The notes beneath the pieces are model-generated. The model was given only the letters and a program-made list of their open reading frames with translations, was not told the origin of the DNA and made no database searches. Position numbers and translations under genes: made by a program. Shown one piece after another: positions 62,718-64,000 of a stretch of 64,000 bases of DNA; position 1 is the first letter of the stretch; each line of letters opens with the position of its first letter. The DNA comes from Planctomycetota bacterium. GTDB taxonomy: Bacteria > Planctomycetota > B15-G4 > SIAN01. The stretch spans positions 256,001 to 320,000 of the forward strand of contig JANNXA010000055.1 of assembly GCA_031409275.1 (NCBI GenBank), written 5' to 3'.

Positions 62718-64000
62718 ATGAACTCCGACCACGACTCGAACCGCGACTCGACCCCCGATGACGCCGCGCGCCCGCAGGGCTGCGCGCCTTTCCTCGACGA
62801 CCTCCCCCATCTGGTGCTCGGCGAGCTGGCGCCCGAGCGCGTCGCCGCCGTCGAAGCTCATTGCGCAAGCTGCGCCGATTGCCGCGCCGAGCGCGAGCTG
62901 CTGACCAAGTCGGCGCAACTGCTGCGACGCGACGCGACGCCGGCCGCGCCGGTGCTGCAACTCTCGACGGCGCGCCAGCAGGCGCTGCTCGAAGCGGCGG
63001 CGCGGACGGCGCCGGTTGCACCGCTCGCGCCGGTGCGCCGCTTCTGGAACCCGCGCCGCGCACTTGCGGCGGCGGCAGCGATCGCCGCGGTCGCGATCGG
63101 CAGTCAGTGGCTGTGGCGCGGGTACGACGTCGCGCCGCAACGGAACGGAACCGAATCGACGTACGAACTCGCGTCCATTCAACCGCCCGTAGGCCTTGGC
63201 GCGCCGCTTACGCCGACAAACGAACTCGCCGATCGGCTGAGCGCGGCGGCACAATCGGGCGATCGCGACGCCGCCCAATGGGCGATCACCGAACTGGCGG
63301 CAACCGATGTGTCTCTCTCGGTCGAGCAGCTCGCCTCACTCAGCATCGAACTCGCGCAAGCGGACCAATCGGCGGCGGCGATCGAGTTGTTGAAGCAGGC
63401 GCCGCCCGAGATGCAGCTCGACTCGGAGTCCCGCATGAAGCTGCGCAGGGTCGCCGCTTTCGTCGCGGCGAAGGCGCCCGCAGACGACACCTCGGCAGGG
63501 CTCGCCCAGCTCAACGCTCTCGGATACCTCGGCTCCGAATCGGAAGCCGTGCTGGACGCGGGGCTCGTCGATGACGGTGTCGACGAACTAGCGCGCCGCG
63601 AACTAGCGCGCGGCGCTGCGGCCGCCGCGAGCACGCCAGCCGCTGCGGTTGCATCGTCGCTCGAGACGACGCTCGATGCGCTTGGGTACGTGGGCCCCGT
63701 TGATGAGGCCAAGGCACTCGAAGAGCAGCGCGATTTGAAGTCGCTCCTCACGCTCGCCCGCGAGAGCGTCCCGGCGCCCGCGACGGACTCCTTCTTCACT
63801 GACCTCGGCGACGGCAGCGCAAGCGTGGCCAACGCACGGGCGCGCCTCGAGAACCTCTTCGAACTGTCCGAGGAGTCGATCCGGAGCCTCGACTCGATCC
63901 CGCAATGGGACCGTGGCGTGGACGACTACGGCGTCGGTTTGCCGCAGCTCGGCGCGTCGATCGCCGCTTCGATCCCGCAGCTCGCGACCCTCGCGCCGAG
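62718..64000 (+). CDS. Zinc-finger (zf-HC2) transmembrane anti-sigma factor with long extracytoplasmic part, runs off the window
   Basis: Not in the ORF track. Manual translation MNSDHD..LVLGELAPERVAAVEAHCASCADC (HxxxCxxC), TM ALAAAAAIAAVAIG; frame appears open to 64000. Confidence 0.85.
   Translation, partial: MNSDHDSNRDSTPDDAARPQGCAPFLDDLPHLVLGELAPERVAAVEAHCASCADCRAERELLTKSAQLLRRDATPAAPVLQLSTARQQALLEAAARTAPVAPLAPVRRFWNPRRALAAAAAIAAVAIGSQWLWRGYDVAPQRNGTESTYELASIQPPVGLGAPLTPTNELADRLSAAAQSGDRDAAQWAITELAATDVSLSVEQLASLSIELAQADQSAAAIELLKQAPPEMQLDSESRMKLRRVAAFVAAKAPADDTSAGLAQLNALGYLGSESEAVLDAGLVDDGVDELARRELARGAAAAASTPAAAVASSLETTLDALGYVGPVDEAKALEEQRDLKSLLTLARESVPAPATDSFFTDLGDGSASVANARARLENLFELSEESIRSLDSIPQWDRGVDDYGVGLPQLGASIAASIPQLATLAP

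Overview
High-GC bacterial chromosomal DNA. The groEL-groES-groEL-dnaJ-grpE-FmdB synteny and the DUF1501/DUF1800, NPCBM and SGNH-TPR genes suggest a Planctomycetota genome (inference). Left arm (minus strand): NPCBM protein, radC, Trm112-like protein, metallophosphoesterase, yidC and two SGNH-TPR genes. These are followed by a tightly overlapping operon of nrdR, an NrdD-like protein with two ATP cones and no catalytic motifs, smc, an LpxL-type acyltransferase and a deoxyhypusine-synthase-like gene. That operon sits behind a sigma70 promoter overlapped by two NrdR-box-like sites 31 bp apart. Centre (plus strand): a chaperone operon, then a complex I cluster nuoA-E-F-G-H-J-K-L-M-N that cleanly lacks the quinone module nuoB/C/D/I. 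It ends at a 160-bp MITE (15-bp perfect TIR, CTAA duplication) next to a second related 160-bp element. Right arm: PilZ, two HEXXH proteins, a third SGNH-TPR, an MFS transporter, pepP, a cobalamin riboswitch ahead of a secreted beta-propeller and a BtuF-like gene, nadE and DUF1501/DUF1800. The window ends with three vWA genes and a two-component system, divergent from an ECF sigma/zinc anti-sigma pair, with two matching ECF-type promoters. All family assignments come from motif recognition by eye; no searches were run.
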